Shown: positions 1 through 9,770, numbered from the stretch's first letter. The stretch: DNA of 64,000 nt from Nostoc spongiaeforme FACHB-130 (GCF_014698475.1 NZ_JACJTB010000020.1:1-64000), one strand, 5' to 3'. The notes: generated by a model from the sequence alone, not told the origin. A program made the numbers and translations.

Positions 1-149
1 TACTCAACCATCTTCCTCTTCGTCTTCCGCGTTGGAGTACTTTTCCTCCTACTCCTGTTGACGATTTCTTTTGCTTCAATTCCTCCTAATTGTAAAAAAC
101 CTACACCTGTCAGGGGGTTGGGGGTGGGGTTCCGACTGTATTACAAGCA

Positions 150-205
150 AGTAAGAACCGCTATAGTAATCGCACTTCTCAAAACTAGCAAAAGGCGATC
201 GCGCT
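150..205. repeat. Small dispersed repeat (R2-type, contains HIP1 GCGATCGC) upstream of TA pair 1; similar copies at 1063-1097, 2005-2045, 2703-2735
   Basis: Direct comparison: the four copies share the pattern CGCACT(T/C)(T/C)CA(A/T)CAA...AAAGCGATCGCG, and each lies 40-60 bp upstream or downstream of a TA gene pair. Confidence 0.6.
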
Positions 206-206
206 G

Positions 207-611
207 GTGGGTTGTGTGATTCCTTTATTGCTCATACCCAAATTGCTAGAATGCAGATACTTTTTATCATCCGCGATCGCTATGACTCGTCAAGAAATCG
301 AAGAGCAACTTCTGGGCTTATCGCTTGCTGACAAAGCAGATATTATCCAAAGTCTGACCAAAAACCTTAGCACCAGTGGAAGGGGAATTACTAAAACTCC
401 TGGTGTGTGTGGTGGTGAAGCTTGTATTGCGGGAACTCGAATTGCTATTTGGCTTTTAGTGGAAGCACAGCAACTTGGTATTAATGAAGCTCAATTATTG
501 CAGGACTATCCTCACATTACCGCAGCAGATTTAGTCAATGCTTGGGCTTATGCTGATGCTTATCCCGAAGAAATTACTGCCGCAATTCGTGCTAATAATG
601 AGGCAGCCTAA
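207..611 (+). CDS. DUF433-family protein, a putative antitoxin-like partner; true start probably the internal Met near 283 (MTRQEIEEQ)
   Basis: The translated ORF has the DUF433 signature region (GVCGGEACIAGTRIAIWLL...). It lies 3 bp upstream of a DUF5615/PIN-like gene, a pairing widely seen in TA-like operons. Confidence 0.6.
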   Translation: MGCVIPLLLIPKLLECRYFLSSAIAMTRQEIEEQLLGLSLADKADIIQSLTKNLSTSGRGITKTPGVCGGEACIAGTRIAIWLLVEAQQLGINEAQLLQDYPHITAADLVNAWAYADAYPEEITAAIRANNEAA

Positions 612-614
612 TCG

Positions 615-956
615 ATGGCACGTTTGTACACAGATGAACAATTTCCTCGGATAGTCAGCGAATTGCTGCGGACAATGGGACATGATGTTTTAACTGTACA
701 GGAAGCTGGTAACGATAATTTAGGTATTCCTGATGAGGAAGTATTAGCTTTTGCAATTAGAGATAATCGCGCAGTCATAACCCTCAATCGTCAAGATTTT
801 GTCCGCTTGCATCGTGCTAATTCTGAGCATTTTGGTATTATTGTTTGTACGAATGATACTGACAGAAATCGAATGGCAATTCGTATTAATGAAGCTTTGG
901 TATCTGAGGAATCTTTGGCAGGTAAGTTGATTCGGGTTGTACGTCCGGTAATTTAG
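615..956 (+). CDS. DUF5615-family (PIN-like) protein, the putative toxin partner of the DUF433 gene
   Basis: 113 aa, tightly coupled to the upstream DUF433 gene, with conserved acidic residues typical of the PIN-like DUF5615 family. Confidence 0.55.
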   Translation: MARLYTDEQFPRIVSELLRTMGHDVLTVQEAGNDNLGIPDEEVLAFAIRDNRAVITLNRQDFVRLHRANSEHFGIIVCTNDTDRNRMAIRINEALVSEESLAGKLIRVVRPVI

Positions 957-989
957 ACTATAACTATAAGTCGCCATCTCCAAAAACCA

Positions 990-1100
990 AAAAGCGTAGC
1001 CGTAAGGCTTGTCGTCAGACATCGCATTCTTCAAAACCAAAGTGGGATAACTTCGTTAAGCTACGCGATCGCACTTCTCAAAACTACCAAAATGCGATCG
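990..1100. repeat. Palindromic dispersed element (R1, about 70 bp, termini GCGTAGC...GCTACGC) followed by an R2 copy; R1 recurs at 2738-2822 and in degenerate form at 2845-2878
   Basis: Sequence comparison: GCGTAGCCGTAAGGCTTGTCGTCAGACATCGCA is identical at 995-1027 and 2738-2770. The copies end with inverted termini and contain an internal TGTCgtcaGACA palindrome. Confidence 0.65.
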
Positions 1101-1110
1101 CATATGGCAT

Positions 1111-1362
1111 TTAGCTTGCTACCTTGTTCAAAAAACTGTTGAAGCGATCGCTATCCATCAAGCCGTTTTCCGATAGTATGCGGCGCACTGCAACTAAATG
1201 CAATGTTCTGACATCCGCTTGTTGCTCGTAATCAGGCAGGACTATTAGTGTACCAGATGATGGATGCTGGTAAATCTTTTGAGAGCCAAAGGTCTGCATA
1301 GTTACAAACCCTGTCTCTAAGAGCAATTTCTCTAATTCTGTGAATTTAATTTCTCTAACCAT
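1111..1362 (-). CDS. hicA: HicA-like (YcfA family) mRNA interferase toxin
   Basis: 83 aa with the motif pattern FTELEKLLLETGF...GSQKIYQHPSSG...TLIVLP typical of HicA/YcfA toxins. It overlaps the upstream gene by 8 bp. Confidence 0.55.
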   Translation of the reverse strand: MVREIKFTELEKLLLETGFVTMQTFGSQKIYQHPSSGTLIVLPDYEQQADVRTLHLVAVRRILSENGLMDSDRFNSFLNKVAS

Positions 1363-1864
1363 GATGACGAATCACTCCTTGTAACTGGCTGAGAACATCA
1401 TTTTTAAATTTAGCAAATATTTTGATCGCCTGTATATTTAATACGTTGTCTTTAGATAAACGCACAGTTACACTATCACCAACATTCGCTAAATCGAATC
1501 CCTCAATGCTTTCAAAATATGCTTGTATATATAACCAATAAGCTTGGCTATTTTTTGCATCATATACAATTAAAATACATGGCATTGGTTCAACCAACCA
1601 TAATTCTAAATCCGAGCGGGTGATAGTAAAAGTAATGGTTTTTTGGTCTGCAAGTATAGAGAGGGAATCTGTAGCTTTTAACTGTACATATATCTGACCA
1701 TTTTCAATCTCACCTCCAGTATTATAAGTAAAAATCACTAGATCGTAGCCATAATCATACTCAATACGCTCTACAGAATACCCGCATAGCAAGATATATC
1801 TTTCGACATAGTTGACACTTAAATCTGCTATTATATGTTCTCTTGGTCGCTTTTTTCTGGGCAT
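1355..1864 (-). CDS. DUF4365 domain protein, co-transcribed upstream partner of the HicA-like gene (non-canonical antitoxin position)
   Basis: 169 aa whose translation resembles the DUF4365 family; translationally coupled to hicA-like through an ATGA overlap. Confidence 0.45.
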   Translation of the reverse strand: MPRKKRPREHIIADLSVNYVERYILLCGYSVERIEYDYGYDLVIFTYNTGGEIENGQIYVQLKATDSLSILADQKTITFTITRSDLELWLVEPMPCILIVYDAKNSQAYWLYIQAYFESIEGFDLANVGDSVTVRLSKDNVLNIQAIKIFAKFKNDVLSQLQGVIRHHG

Positions 1865-2091
1865 TGAACGGGCTTTTTAGTTTAAAATTATCAAAATTAT
1901 ATTATGGCGTTTCTTACTCTAGTGAAATACAGAGAAGAATAATTAACCGCAGATAAACGCAGATGGACGCAGATAAATTTGTACTTCAGTAGACTAGGAA
2001 AGGTAACGCACTCCCATCAACCCTAATAAAAGCGATCGCGGTGGGACTTTAGATATACTCAAACTAGAATCAATTAGCTGATAATATTTGA

Positions 2092-2304
2092 ATGATGACA
2101 AATCGTGAAGAATTAATTCAAGAACTAGAACAAGCCCCTGATGATATAGTTCAATCGGTACTAGATTTTTTGAATCGGGTAAAAGCCACACGCAAAACTC
2201 ATCCTCTAGCAAAATTTGCAGGGATTTTAAGTGATGTCGAAGCCGAAGAATTAAAACGGGTGATAATCGCAGAATGTCGGCAGGTGGATGTAAATGAGTG
2301 GTGA
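2092..2304 (+). CDS. vapB: VapB-like antitoxin
   Basis: 70-aa acidic protein immediately upstream of the VapC gene and overlapping it by 11 bp. Confidence 0.6.
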   Translation: MMTNREELIQELEQAPDDIVQSVLDFLNRVKATRKTHPLAKFAGILSDVEAEELKRVIIAECRQVDVNEW

Positions 2305-2683
2305 GATTGCCCTTGATACTTCTGTGGCTGTGCGTTTTTTGAATGGGGATGAAGTGGTTGTTTCGCGGGTACTAGCTTTACCAGAAATAGTTTTACCTAC
2401 TGTTGTGGTTGGTGAGTTACTTTTTGGTGCGGAAAATTCAACTCGTCCATTACAAAATTTACCGCGTTATCTGGAATTTATTGAGGCTTGTGTAGTTGTA
2501 CCATTAAGTCGAGAAACAGCCGCAGTTTATGCTCAAACTCGATTGATGTTGAAACGGAAGGGACGACCAATTCCGATGAATGATGTTTGGATTGCGGCAC
2601 AGTGTTTGGAACAGGGTTGGGTTTTAGTGACAGATGATACAGATTTCGATTATGTTGATGGTTTGATGTTAGAGCGTTGGTAA
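2294..2683 (+). CDS. vapC: VapC PIN-domain ribonuclease toxin
   Basis: 129 aa with PIN signature residues (IALDTSV..., ...VTDDTDFDYV). Classic vapBC arrangement. Confidence 0.8.
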   Translation: MSGEIALDTSVAVRFLNGDEVVVSRVLALPEIVLPTVVVGELLFGAENSTRPLQNLPRYLEFIEACVVVPLSRETAAVYAQTRLMLKRKGRPIPMNDVWIAAQCLEQGWVLVTDDTDFDYVDGLMLERW

Positions 2684-2877
2684 TTTGTAGTATGCAAAGG
2701 CTAAAACGCGATCGCACCTCCCCATAATTTCCACAAATGCGTAGCCGTAAGGCTTGTCGTCAGACATCGCACTTCCCCACAATCACACAGGTGATAACCT
2801 CGTTCAGCCACGCTAACGCACACAAAAAACCCCTATAAACACATAGCCATAAGACTTGTCGTCAGACATTGCCATAG

Positions 2878-3141
2878 TTAAGGAAAATATCTGTAAATAT
2901 CCTTTCTTTGTAATGCTCTAACAAAAACAATTATGCCATCAGAGATTGTTAACCCAATTCTGTAATCCCCTATTCTAATCCGATAATAATCGCCGTCAGC
3001 TTTCAGTTTTTTAACATTATTCACATCTAAAAGACTTTCGGCATTTTCGACTTCTTCAATTACTGTTTGTATTTTTTGTAGCAAGGTTTCATCTCGGATT
3101 TTGCTTAAATCTTTTTCAGAGCTACTTTCTAAACTCAACAT
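2878..3141 (-). CDS. RelE/ParE-family toxin
   Basis: 87 aa with the C-terminal motif DYYRIRIGDYRIGLTI...IVFVRALQRKDIYR characteristic of the RelE/ParE superfamily. It directly abuts an upstream small gene. Confidence 0.75.
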   Translation of the reverse strand: MLSLESSSEKDLSKIRDETLLQKIQTVIEEVENAESLLDVNNVKKLKADGDYYRIRIGDYRIGLTISDGIIVFVRALQRKDIYRYFP

Positions 3142-3351
3142 TCATCCTTTATTTCCTAAAATCTTGAAAATTGCCTCTCGGCTCACTAACTCGGTATTTT
3201 CGCCTTCTTTAATGGCTTTTTCTAGTGCTATATCTTCAATGATTTCTGCTAATAAATCGGAAAATACTTCTTTTTGTTCTTGTATAACTTCGGTTAGTGC
3301 AATTTTAAATATTTGCTTAATTTTATCTTCGTCAAAATTTAGTTCTGTCAT
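3142..3351 (-). CDS. Antitoxin partner of the RelE/ParE toxin
   Basis: 69-aa acidic protein whose stop codon is adjacent to the toxin start codon. Confidence 0.55.
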   Translation of the reverse strand: MTELNFDEDKIKQIFKIALTEVIQEQKEVFSDLLAEIIEDIALEKAIKEGENTELVSREAIFKILGNKG

Positions 3352-3408
3352 CTTATTTCCTTCATCTGTGGATTGATATTAGCAGAGCGAATAATTTATG
3401 CTGTTTCG

Positions 3409-6400
3409 CTATTTATTCGGGCAAATCTGCCGACGCAATTCATCGCGGGTAGCCAGATAACCTTGGAGATACTTGCAACCCTGAGTGAGTAAATCATCTA
3501 AATCCAAACTCCACAATTTGATGGTCTTGTCCGAACTTGCGGAAGCTAAAGTTTTGCCATCTGCACTAAAGGCGACGCTGTTGACATTATCTTGATGCCC
3601 GGTAAGGGAGGTAATTTCTTTGCCTGTACTAACATTCCACAACTTTATAGTGTTGTCAGCACTAGCAGAAGCTAAAGTTTTACCATCTGGGCTAAAAGTG
3701 ACGTTGAAGACCGAACCTTGATGCCCAGTCAGGAAGGCATTCTCTTTACCAGTAGCAATATCCCATAATTTAATGGTGTTTTCCAAACTGGCAGAAGCCA
3801 AGATTTTTCCATTTGGACTAAAAGCGATGCTTTGGATTTTTGATTGATCCTCTTGAAAAGTGAAAATTTCTTTGCCTGTAGTTAGATTCCATAACTTAAT
3901 AGTTTTGTCATCACTTGCGGAAGCTAAGGTTTTGCCATCTGGGCTAAAAGCGACACTGTTGACTGAAAATTGATGGTCTCTGAAAGTGAAAATTTCTTTG
4001 CCTGTAGTTAGATTCCATAACTTAATAGTTTTGTCATCACTTGCGGAAGCTAAGGTTTTGCCATCTGGGCTAAAAGCGACACTGTTGACTGAAGATTGAT
4101 GACCTCTGAAAGTGAAAATTTCTTTGCCTGTGTTCAGATTCCACAACTTAATAGTACTAGTTTTTGTACCATTGCGAATGGTAGCACCATTAATAGTAGT
4201 AGTGATAGTACTAAAATTTGTATTGTCACTTGCAAAAGCTAAAGTTTTGCCATCTGGACTAAAAGCGACGCTGTTGACCCCAGATAAATGCCCACTCAAA
4301 GTAGAAGTTTCTTTGCCTGTGGTCAAATTCCACAATTTTATTTTGTCAAAATAAGCACCTGCGGAAGCCAAGGTTTTGCCATCTGGACTAAAAGCGACGC
4401 TTATAGGCAGAGATTGATGATCATTAAAAGTAGAAGTTTCTTTGCCTGTGGTTAGATTCCACAACTTGATGGTGTTATCAGAACTTGCAGAAGCTAAGGT
4501 TTTGCCATCGGGGCTAAAAGTTGTGCTGAAGACCAAATCTTGATGTCCAGTTAAAGTAGAAATTTCTTTGCCTTTGGATAGATTCCATAACTTGATGGTG
4601 TTATCAGAACTTGCAGAAGCTAAGGTTTTGCCGTCGGGGCTAAAAGCGATGCTGTTGACTCCTGATTTATGCCCAGTCAAGGTTGATTCTTTGCCTGTAC
4701 TCAAATCCCACAAGCGAATGGTACTGTAATCACTTGCGGAAGCTAAAGTTTTGCCATCTGGACTAAAAGCGACACTGTTGAACTCTTCATCACGATGCCC
4801 AGTCAAGGTTGAAATTTGTTTGCTTGTAGTCATATCCCACAACCTGATAGTGTAGTCACGACTTGCAGAAGCTAAGGTTTTGCCATCTGGACTAAAAGCG
4901 ATTTGACGAATCCTAGATTGATGCCCGGTCATGGTTGAAATTTGTTTGCCTGTGGTCAAATTCCACAACCTGATAGTGTAGTCAGCACTTGCGGAAGCTA
5001 AGGTTTTGCCATCTTGAGTAAAAGCGATACTATTGACCCAACTTTGATGCCCAGTCAGGGTTAATATTTTTTTACCTGTGGTCAAATTCCATAACTTTAT
5101 GGTTCTGTCAGCACTTCCAGAAGCCAAGGTTTTGCCATCAGGACTAAAAGCAATGCTGCTGACTCCTGATTGATGCCCAGTCAAGGTTAAAATTTTTTTA
5201 CCTGTGGTCAAATTCCATAATTTAATGGTGTTGTCAGAACTTGCAGAAGCCAAGATTTTGCCGTCATGACTAAAAGCAACTTCAGAGACTATATCTTGAT
5301 GCCCTTGTAACTGATTGCGTTCCCGAATGTTTAACAAAATCTCTTGTAAACTAAATATTGGGCTGTAAGCCGGATAATCAGCTAAAGATGTTTTAGCTTT
5401 AACTAAATTTTTCAACTCCTTCCCAGCCCGCATTATTTCCATTAAATTCTCAATTTGCCCTCCTACACCAAACTGACGCAAAGTTCTAATTCCCGTCTGC
5501 TCCAATCGTGTCGCTGTGAGAGCATTTTGGCGCTGTTTTTCTGTTGCTTGTCGCTGCGTTTCGGCTTTTTGTGCCAAATTTAGGGCTGTTTGGGTTTCTC
5601 GTTGTGCTTGTCGTGATTGTTCAAGAGCAGTTTCTCGTTCTTGTTGAGCTATTTCCTTTTCTCGTAATGCTGCTTCCTTTGCTTTCTTGATTTCATCTAA
5701 ACTTTTTTCCGCTTGTTGACGTTTTTGTTGCGCCTGTCGTTTTTCTTGTTCCGCTTTTTCTGTATCTCCCTGCGCTTTTGTAGCTGCTTTTTTTAGAGAT
5801 TCTTCTCTCTGCTTTAAGGCTTGGACTTCTTGATTTTTTTGCTGGAATTGTCTATCGAGATTTTTTACCTTATCATCCGCTTCTTTTACTCTATCGTCTG
5901 CTGTTTTAGTTATAGTTTCAGCCTTTTGTTGTGCTGTCAACCTTTCATCATTAGCCCAATTAGCAAAAATCAAAGCAGCAACAGACCCAATTATGGAAAT
6001 AACCAGCACAATCAAACCAATACGAGTTCTTTTTTTTGCTTTTTCTTCTTCCTGCAAAGCTTGATTTCGTTTTGCGTCCGCCTCCTCAACCTTCTGATTT
6101 AACTCAGATTCAACACTCGCAGATAAAAAACGATAATCAGCATCACTCAAACTTTTTCCATTAGCCCAGACACGAGCTTTTTCTAAGTCTTCCGACTGTA
6201 ATAAATAAGAAGTATCCTGAAATTGACTTTTTAACCAAGCGTTAAAATTATCAGCATAAGGACGCAATTTATTTAACTCTGTCTCAACCCAACTTAAATT
6301 AAAAATATTCCGATAAACGAGATTATAAATCTTTAAATTTTCCTCTTGCTCCACTACCAATCCAGTCAAACGCAACCTCATTTTTTCTGGGCTACCATCA

Positions 6401-7407
6401 ACAGCAATCTCTCCTTCTTGCAAAATTTGCTGATACAAACCCAACAAACTCCCAGCAAATTTTTCGTCCGTGACAATCCTTTTCCGTATAGTTCTTAAAT
6501 GCTCTGGTTCATCCAAGGATTCCCAGTTATCAATAATTTGCTTTCTGACAACTTTTCCCACCCAATCCAAAGCATTTGGCTCTGGGGTGTAACATTCTGA
6601 ATATACAGATAGTTCTTGTAATAATAAATTACAAAGTTTCTGCGTTAAAAAAGGTTGTCCACCAGTCCAACATAAAACACCTTTCATCACTTCTTGAATA
6701 TTGCTAACTTTTCCCCTCAATCCTTCAGCTAAGGGCGCAATTTCATCTTCCTTAAAACCATTAAGTTGAACTGCTCGACCAATATTAAATGGCGTTCGTT
6801 TTTTATCATCAATCAAATCGCTGGGAGTAGCCACACCTAGCAAAGCAAAGGTCAAACGATTTAAATCTGGATTTAAAGCACGCTTTTCATAACAACTTCT
6901 AATCAGAGCAAAAAAATTATTAGAGTGCCGAAACTTTAAATTTAAACTTAAAATACTATCGATTTCATCAATAAAAATAATAATATTACCCTTGACATTT
7001 GGCAGCATTACCTCTTCCAAAAACGAACCAAATCGCTGCACAGGAGATAATTGAATACGTTTATCCCACCAAATAAATAATTCTTCGGGTGGAGATAAAA
7101 CTTGTAGTTGATTCACCAAGATGTAAGCAATACCTGTATACCATTGTTCAAGGCTGCTTTCCTGACTACCTTCATCAATACCTATTTCGGTTAAATCAAT
7201 CTTGGCACAAGCAAAACCCTCTGTTTGCAATCGTTTCATTGTCCGATTCAGCAAGCTGGTTTTACCCATTTGTCGGGAGTTAAAGACAAAACAAAACTCC
7301 CCCGCTTTCAACCACTGATAAAATTCTGTGTCGGCTTTTCTAAATACGTAACTGGGGGCATTTTCTGGTAAACCACCACCAACTTTGTACTCATAATGTC
7401 CCGTCAT
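3409..7407 (-). CDS. Giant NTPase–WD40 signalling protein: N-terminal AAA-like ATPase domain (pfam14516-like), coiled-coil region, single predicted transmembrane helix, second coiled coil, C-terminal run of about 14 WD40 repeats (two beta-propellers)
   Basis: 1332 aa. The Walker A motif [10 protein letters not shown] lies in an AAA-like N-terminus. A hydrophobic segment [26 protein letters not shown] sits between E/K/Q-rich coiled coils. The C-terminus has many [26 protein letters not shown]40 units. Confidence 0.85.
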   Translation of the reverse strand: MTGHYEYKVGGGLPENAPSYVFRKADTEFYQWLKAGEFCFVFNSRQMGKTSLLNRTMKRLQTEGFACAKIDLTEIGIDEGSQESSLEQWYTGIAYILVNQLQVLSPPEELFIWWDKRIQLSPVQRFGSFLEEVMLPNVKGNIIIFIDEIDSILSLNLKFRHSNNFFALIRSCYEKRALNPDLNRLTFALLGVATPSDLIDDKKRTPFNIGRAVQLNGFKEDEIAPLAEGLRGKVSNIQEVMKGVLCWTGGQPFLTQKLCNLLLQELSVYSECYTPEPNALDWVGKVVRKQIIDNWESLDEPEHLRTIRKRIVTDEKFAGSLLGLYQQILQEGEIAVDGSPEKMRLRLTGLVVEQEENLKIYNLVYRNIFNLSWVETELNKLRPYADNFNAWLKSQFQDTSYLLQSEDLEKARVWANGKSLSDADYRFLSASVESELNQKVEEADAKRNQALQEEEKAKKRTRIGLIVLVISIIGSVAALIFANWANDERLTAQQKAETITKTADDRVKEADDKVKNLDRQFQQKNQEVQALKQREESLKKAATKAQGDTEKAEQEKRQAQQKRQQAEKSLDEIKKAKEAALREKEIAQQERETALEQSRQAQRETQTALNLAQKAETQRQATEKQRQNALTATRLEQTGIRTLRQFGVGGQIENLMEIMRAGKELKNLVKAKTSLADYPAYSPIFSLQEILLNIRERNQLQGHQDIVSEVAFSHDGKILASASSDNTIKLWNLTTGKKILTLTGHQSGVSSIAFSPDGKTLASGSADRTIKLWNLTTGKKILTLTGHQSWVNSIAFTQDGKTLASASADYTIRLWNLTTGKQISTMTGHQSRIRQIAFSPDGKTLASASRDYTIRLWDMTTSKQISTLTGHRDEEFNSVAFSPDGKTLASASDYSTIRLWDLSTGKESTLTGHKSGVNSIAFSPDGKTLASASSDNTIKLWNLSKGKEISTLTGHQDLVFSTTFSPDGKTLASASSDNTIKLWNLTTGKETSTFNDHQSLPISVAFSPDGKTLASAGAYFDKIKLWNLTTGKETSTLSGHLSGVNSVAFSPDGKTLAFASDNTNFSTITTTINGATIRNGTKTSTIKLWNLNTGKEIFTFRGHQSSVNSVAFSPDGKTLASASDDKTIKLWNLTTGKEIFTFRDHQFSVNSVAFSPDGKTLASASDDKTIKLWNLTTGKEIFTFQEDQSKIQSIAFSPNGKILASASLENTIKLWDIATGKENAFLTGHQGSVFNVTFSPDGKTLASASADNTIKLWNVSTGKEITSLTGHQDNVNSVAFSADGKTLASASSDKTIKLWSLDLDDLLTQGCKYLQGYLATRDELRRQICPNK

Positions 7408-7452
7408 AATTTATCCACAAAAATAAAAAAAATATTGAGGACTAGATCCCCT

Positions 7453-7485
7453 AGAACCCCGACTTCTTGAAGAAGTCGGGGTTCT
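7453..7485. repeat. Perfect palindrome AGAACCCCGACTTCTTgAAGAAGTCGGGGTTCT in the divergent intergenic region between the two AAA-like genes
   Basis: Read directly: 16-bp arms. The same core (CCCCGACTT..AAGTCGGGG) recurs at 44781-44813. Confidence 0.8.
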
Positions 7486-7638
7486 GAATCCAGTGAGCTT
7501 TTATTAAACAGCCATACCACCTGAGTTAAGCCAAGAGAATATCGAGTACCGATTGACTTATTATCGACTTGTTATTTACTTTACAACAAAAAGCCTTTTC
7601 CTTTAAGCTAAATTACGTAGCTCTTTTCACCATCTGCC

Positions 7639-9039
7639 ATGCTTCGTGCAACACGCTCAGTAGTACTACGTGATAAAAACTGCCAAGATAAGGTTTTAGT
7701 CCGCTTTCACGGGCAATACGGTAGTCAGAAATATTTAGGCCAATATTTAGGAGGAATGGCTCAAAGTACGGTTAGTAAGTTTCTCAATATGCAACCTGTT
7801 GACCGTGAGACATTTATCCAAATTTGTGCAGCTTTGGGTATAGAAGATTGGCGAAGCGTTGGTATCCCCTACAGAAAGCCAGCAGATAAAACAGAAAATA
7901 GCGATTCTGAGGAATTAGAAGAATTAGAGGAGTCAGAGAAACAAGAGGAAATTCCCACCTTACGAACCCCAGTACATATCAGCACTCTAGAATATCCAGA
8001 CGGAGAACAACTAGCCCTAAATTCCAATTTTTACGTCCAGCGTCCCCCTGTAGAACAGCAATGTTTTGAAGAAATTAGCAAACCTGCTGCACTGATTTGT
8101 ATTAAAGCTCCCCAAAAAATGGGGAAATCGTCCCTCCTAGTACAGATTATTCAACAAGCAAAAAATCAAGGTGATGCGACGGTAGTTATCAACTTTGAGC
8201 TAGGGGAAAAAGAATTTTTCAGCGACTTGAGTAAATTTTTACGCTGGGTGTGCGATCGCATCATCCTAGAATTGACTAAAGACAATCTCGAATTAGCCAC
8301 CGAACTGTTTGAAAAATTAGACGAGCATTGGAAATTGGCTCCACGTATTGGTAGTAAAATAGCTGCCAAATATTACTTAGAGCGATATCTACTCCCCAAA
8401 ATCAATCAACCCCTAACCCTAGCACTGGAAGAAGTCGATAGATTATTTGAGTATCCAGGAATTTACAAAGACTTTTTTGGACTATTGCGTTCTCTCCATC
8501 AAGAAGGAAGACAACAAGAAATCTTCAAAAAACTCCGCTTAGTGATAGTACATTCCACGGAAGCCTATGTACCAATGGATATCAACCAATCCCCCTTTAA
8601 CGTAGGTTTACCCATCAAGCTACCAGAATTTGACCCGGAACAAATGCTAGATTTAGCTAAACGTCACCAACTGGAATGGAGTGATACGCAAGTCCAGCAA
8701 TTGAGAGACATGATTGGCGGACATCCTTATTTAGTGCGTCTGGCTTTGTATAAAATAGCTCGTGGTGAGATAACCTTATCTCGGTTTCTGGAAACAGCAT
8801 CCACCCCATCAGGGATTTTCAGTAGTCACTTGCGTCATCTTAGCTTAATTTTGACAGAACAACAGGAATTAGGCGCAGCGATGAAAGAGATTATAAATAC
8901 TAACAAACCAGGAAAATTCAGCGATGCAGTCAGATATAAATTAATAGCTTTGGGTTTAGTAAATCTGTTAAATGACGAAGTGATAATACGTTGCAAGCTA
9001 TATTACCAATATTTTCAGAATTTTTATAAAAATAAATAG
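7639..9039 (+). CDS. AAA-like domain (pfam14516-like) NTPase with an N-terminal HTH-like segment
   Basis: 466 aa. The P-loop APQKMGKSSLLVQ matches AAA-like domain proteins common in cyanobacteria. The N-terminus (QSTVSKFLNMQPVDRETFIQICAALGI) resembles a short XRE-like HTH. It is divergent from the large AAA-WD40 gene. Confidence 0.7.
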   Translation: MLRATRSVVLRDKNCQDKVLVRFHGQYGSQKYLGQYLGGMAQSTVSKFLNMQPVDRETFIQICAALGIEDWRSVGIPYRKPADKTENSDSEELEELEESEKQEEIPTLRTPVHISTLEYPDGEQLALNSNFYVQRPPVEQQCFEEISKPAALICIKAPQKMGKSSLLVQIIQQAKNQGDATVVINFELGEKEFFSDLSKFLRWVCDRIILELTKDNLELATELFEKLDEHWKLAPRIGSKIAAKYYLERYLLPKINQPLTLALEEVDRLFEYPGIYKDFFGLLRSLHQEGRQQEIFKKLRLVIVHSTEAYVPMDINQSPFNVGLPIKLPEFDPEQMLDLAKRHQLEWSDTQVQQLRDMIGGHPYLVRLALYKIARGEITLSRFLETASTPSGIFSSHLRHLSLILTEQQELGAAMKEIINTNKPGKFSDAVRYKLIALGLVNLLNDEVIIRCKLYYQYFQNFYKNK

Positions 9040-9089
9040 ATACTGAATAAAAGTCGATTTTTCTTTGGGTATAACTCAGATGGGTGTAG

Positions 9090-9599
9090 GTGACATTAAG
9101 GTTGTCGAGTTCAACAGACAATTTCATGTTACACCAAGCATTCAGCAACAAACAAATCAAAAACCTCACAGCAACCGCAGTATTCGCATTTATATCTCTT
9201 TTTACAAGCGTAGTTCGTGCAGAAGACGATCGCTCATATATTTATGAAGTCAAAAACCAGCTCTTAGAGCGAGCAGAGATCGCAGGTTTGGGTGGTTACA
9301 CTTTAACTCACAAACCTAGCATCGATACCCTTCGTGAAGGTCGCTCCCACTATATCAATATAAATCTGCGTGCAGGTATGTCCTATGGAATTGTGGGAGT
9401 GTGTGACAGCGATTGTCAAGATTTAGACATTTCTCTTTATGATCACCGAGGAAACTTGATTGCTTCAGATTTACAAGATGATGACATTCCCGTGATTAGC
9501 CTCAATCCCTCTCGAAGCGGTAGATATCAAATCCAAGTTGATATGGCTAATTGTAATGCCAATACTTGTTACTACGGCATAGGTGTATTTGGTCAATAA
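9090..9599 (+). CDS. Hypothetical secreted protein with a predicted signal peptide
   Basis: 169-aa ORF with a hydrophobic N-terminal segment (LTATAVFAFISLFTSVVRA) and several Cys residues. No family recognised. Confidence 0.4.
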   Translation: MTLRLSSSTDNFMLHQAFSNKQIKNLTATAVFAFISLFTSVVRAEDDRSYIYEVKNQLLERAEIAGLGGYTLTHKPSIDTLREGRSHYININLRAGMSYGIVGVCDSDCQDLDISLYDHRGNLIASDLQDDDIPVISLNPSRSGRYQIQVDMANCNANTCYYGIGVFGQ

Positions 9600-9639
9600 A
9601 CCTAAATTGAAGGAGCGCAGACATTCAAAAACACATATC

Positions 9640-9770
9640 TTGCACCTAGCCCCAACGAATGGAATTCGCGGCTATAAAAACGAAGTCCGCCTACGCGGAC
9701 TAAATTAAAATCAAGGGTTTTGAGCCTGCCTCCGCAGGCTTTGTTCGTGTAGCCGCGATTTTAATCGTTA
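9640..9770. repeat. Structured small dispersed repeat: outer inverted repeat (CGCGGCTAT...TAGCCGCG) enclosing two GC-rich hairpins (GTCCGCctaGCGGAC, GCCTGCctcCGCAGGC); related copy at 50060-50135
   Basis: Read directly; both copies share CTATA(A/C)AAACGAAG followed by a GC hairpin. Confidence 0.6.

Noticed and set aside
744-1040. 98-aa minus-strand ORF overlapping the DUF5615 gene and the R1 repeat
   Set aside because: It overlaps a better-supported plus-strand gene and a dispersed repeat, so it is likely non-coding.
4112-4354. Small ORFs antisense or embedded within large genes (e.g. 4112-4354, 5821-6102, 7089-7283, 22253-22876, 25119-25775, 28661-31563 set, 54852-56647 set)
   Set aside because: They lie entirely inside strongly supported genes on the opposite strand or in an alternate frame and have low-complexity composition, so they are most likely spurious.
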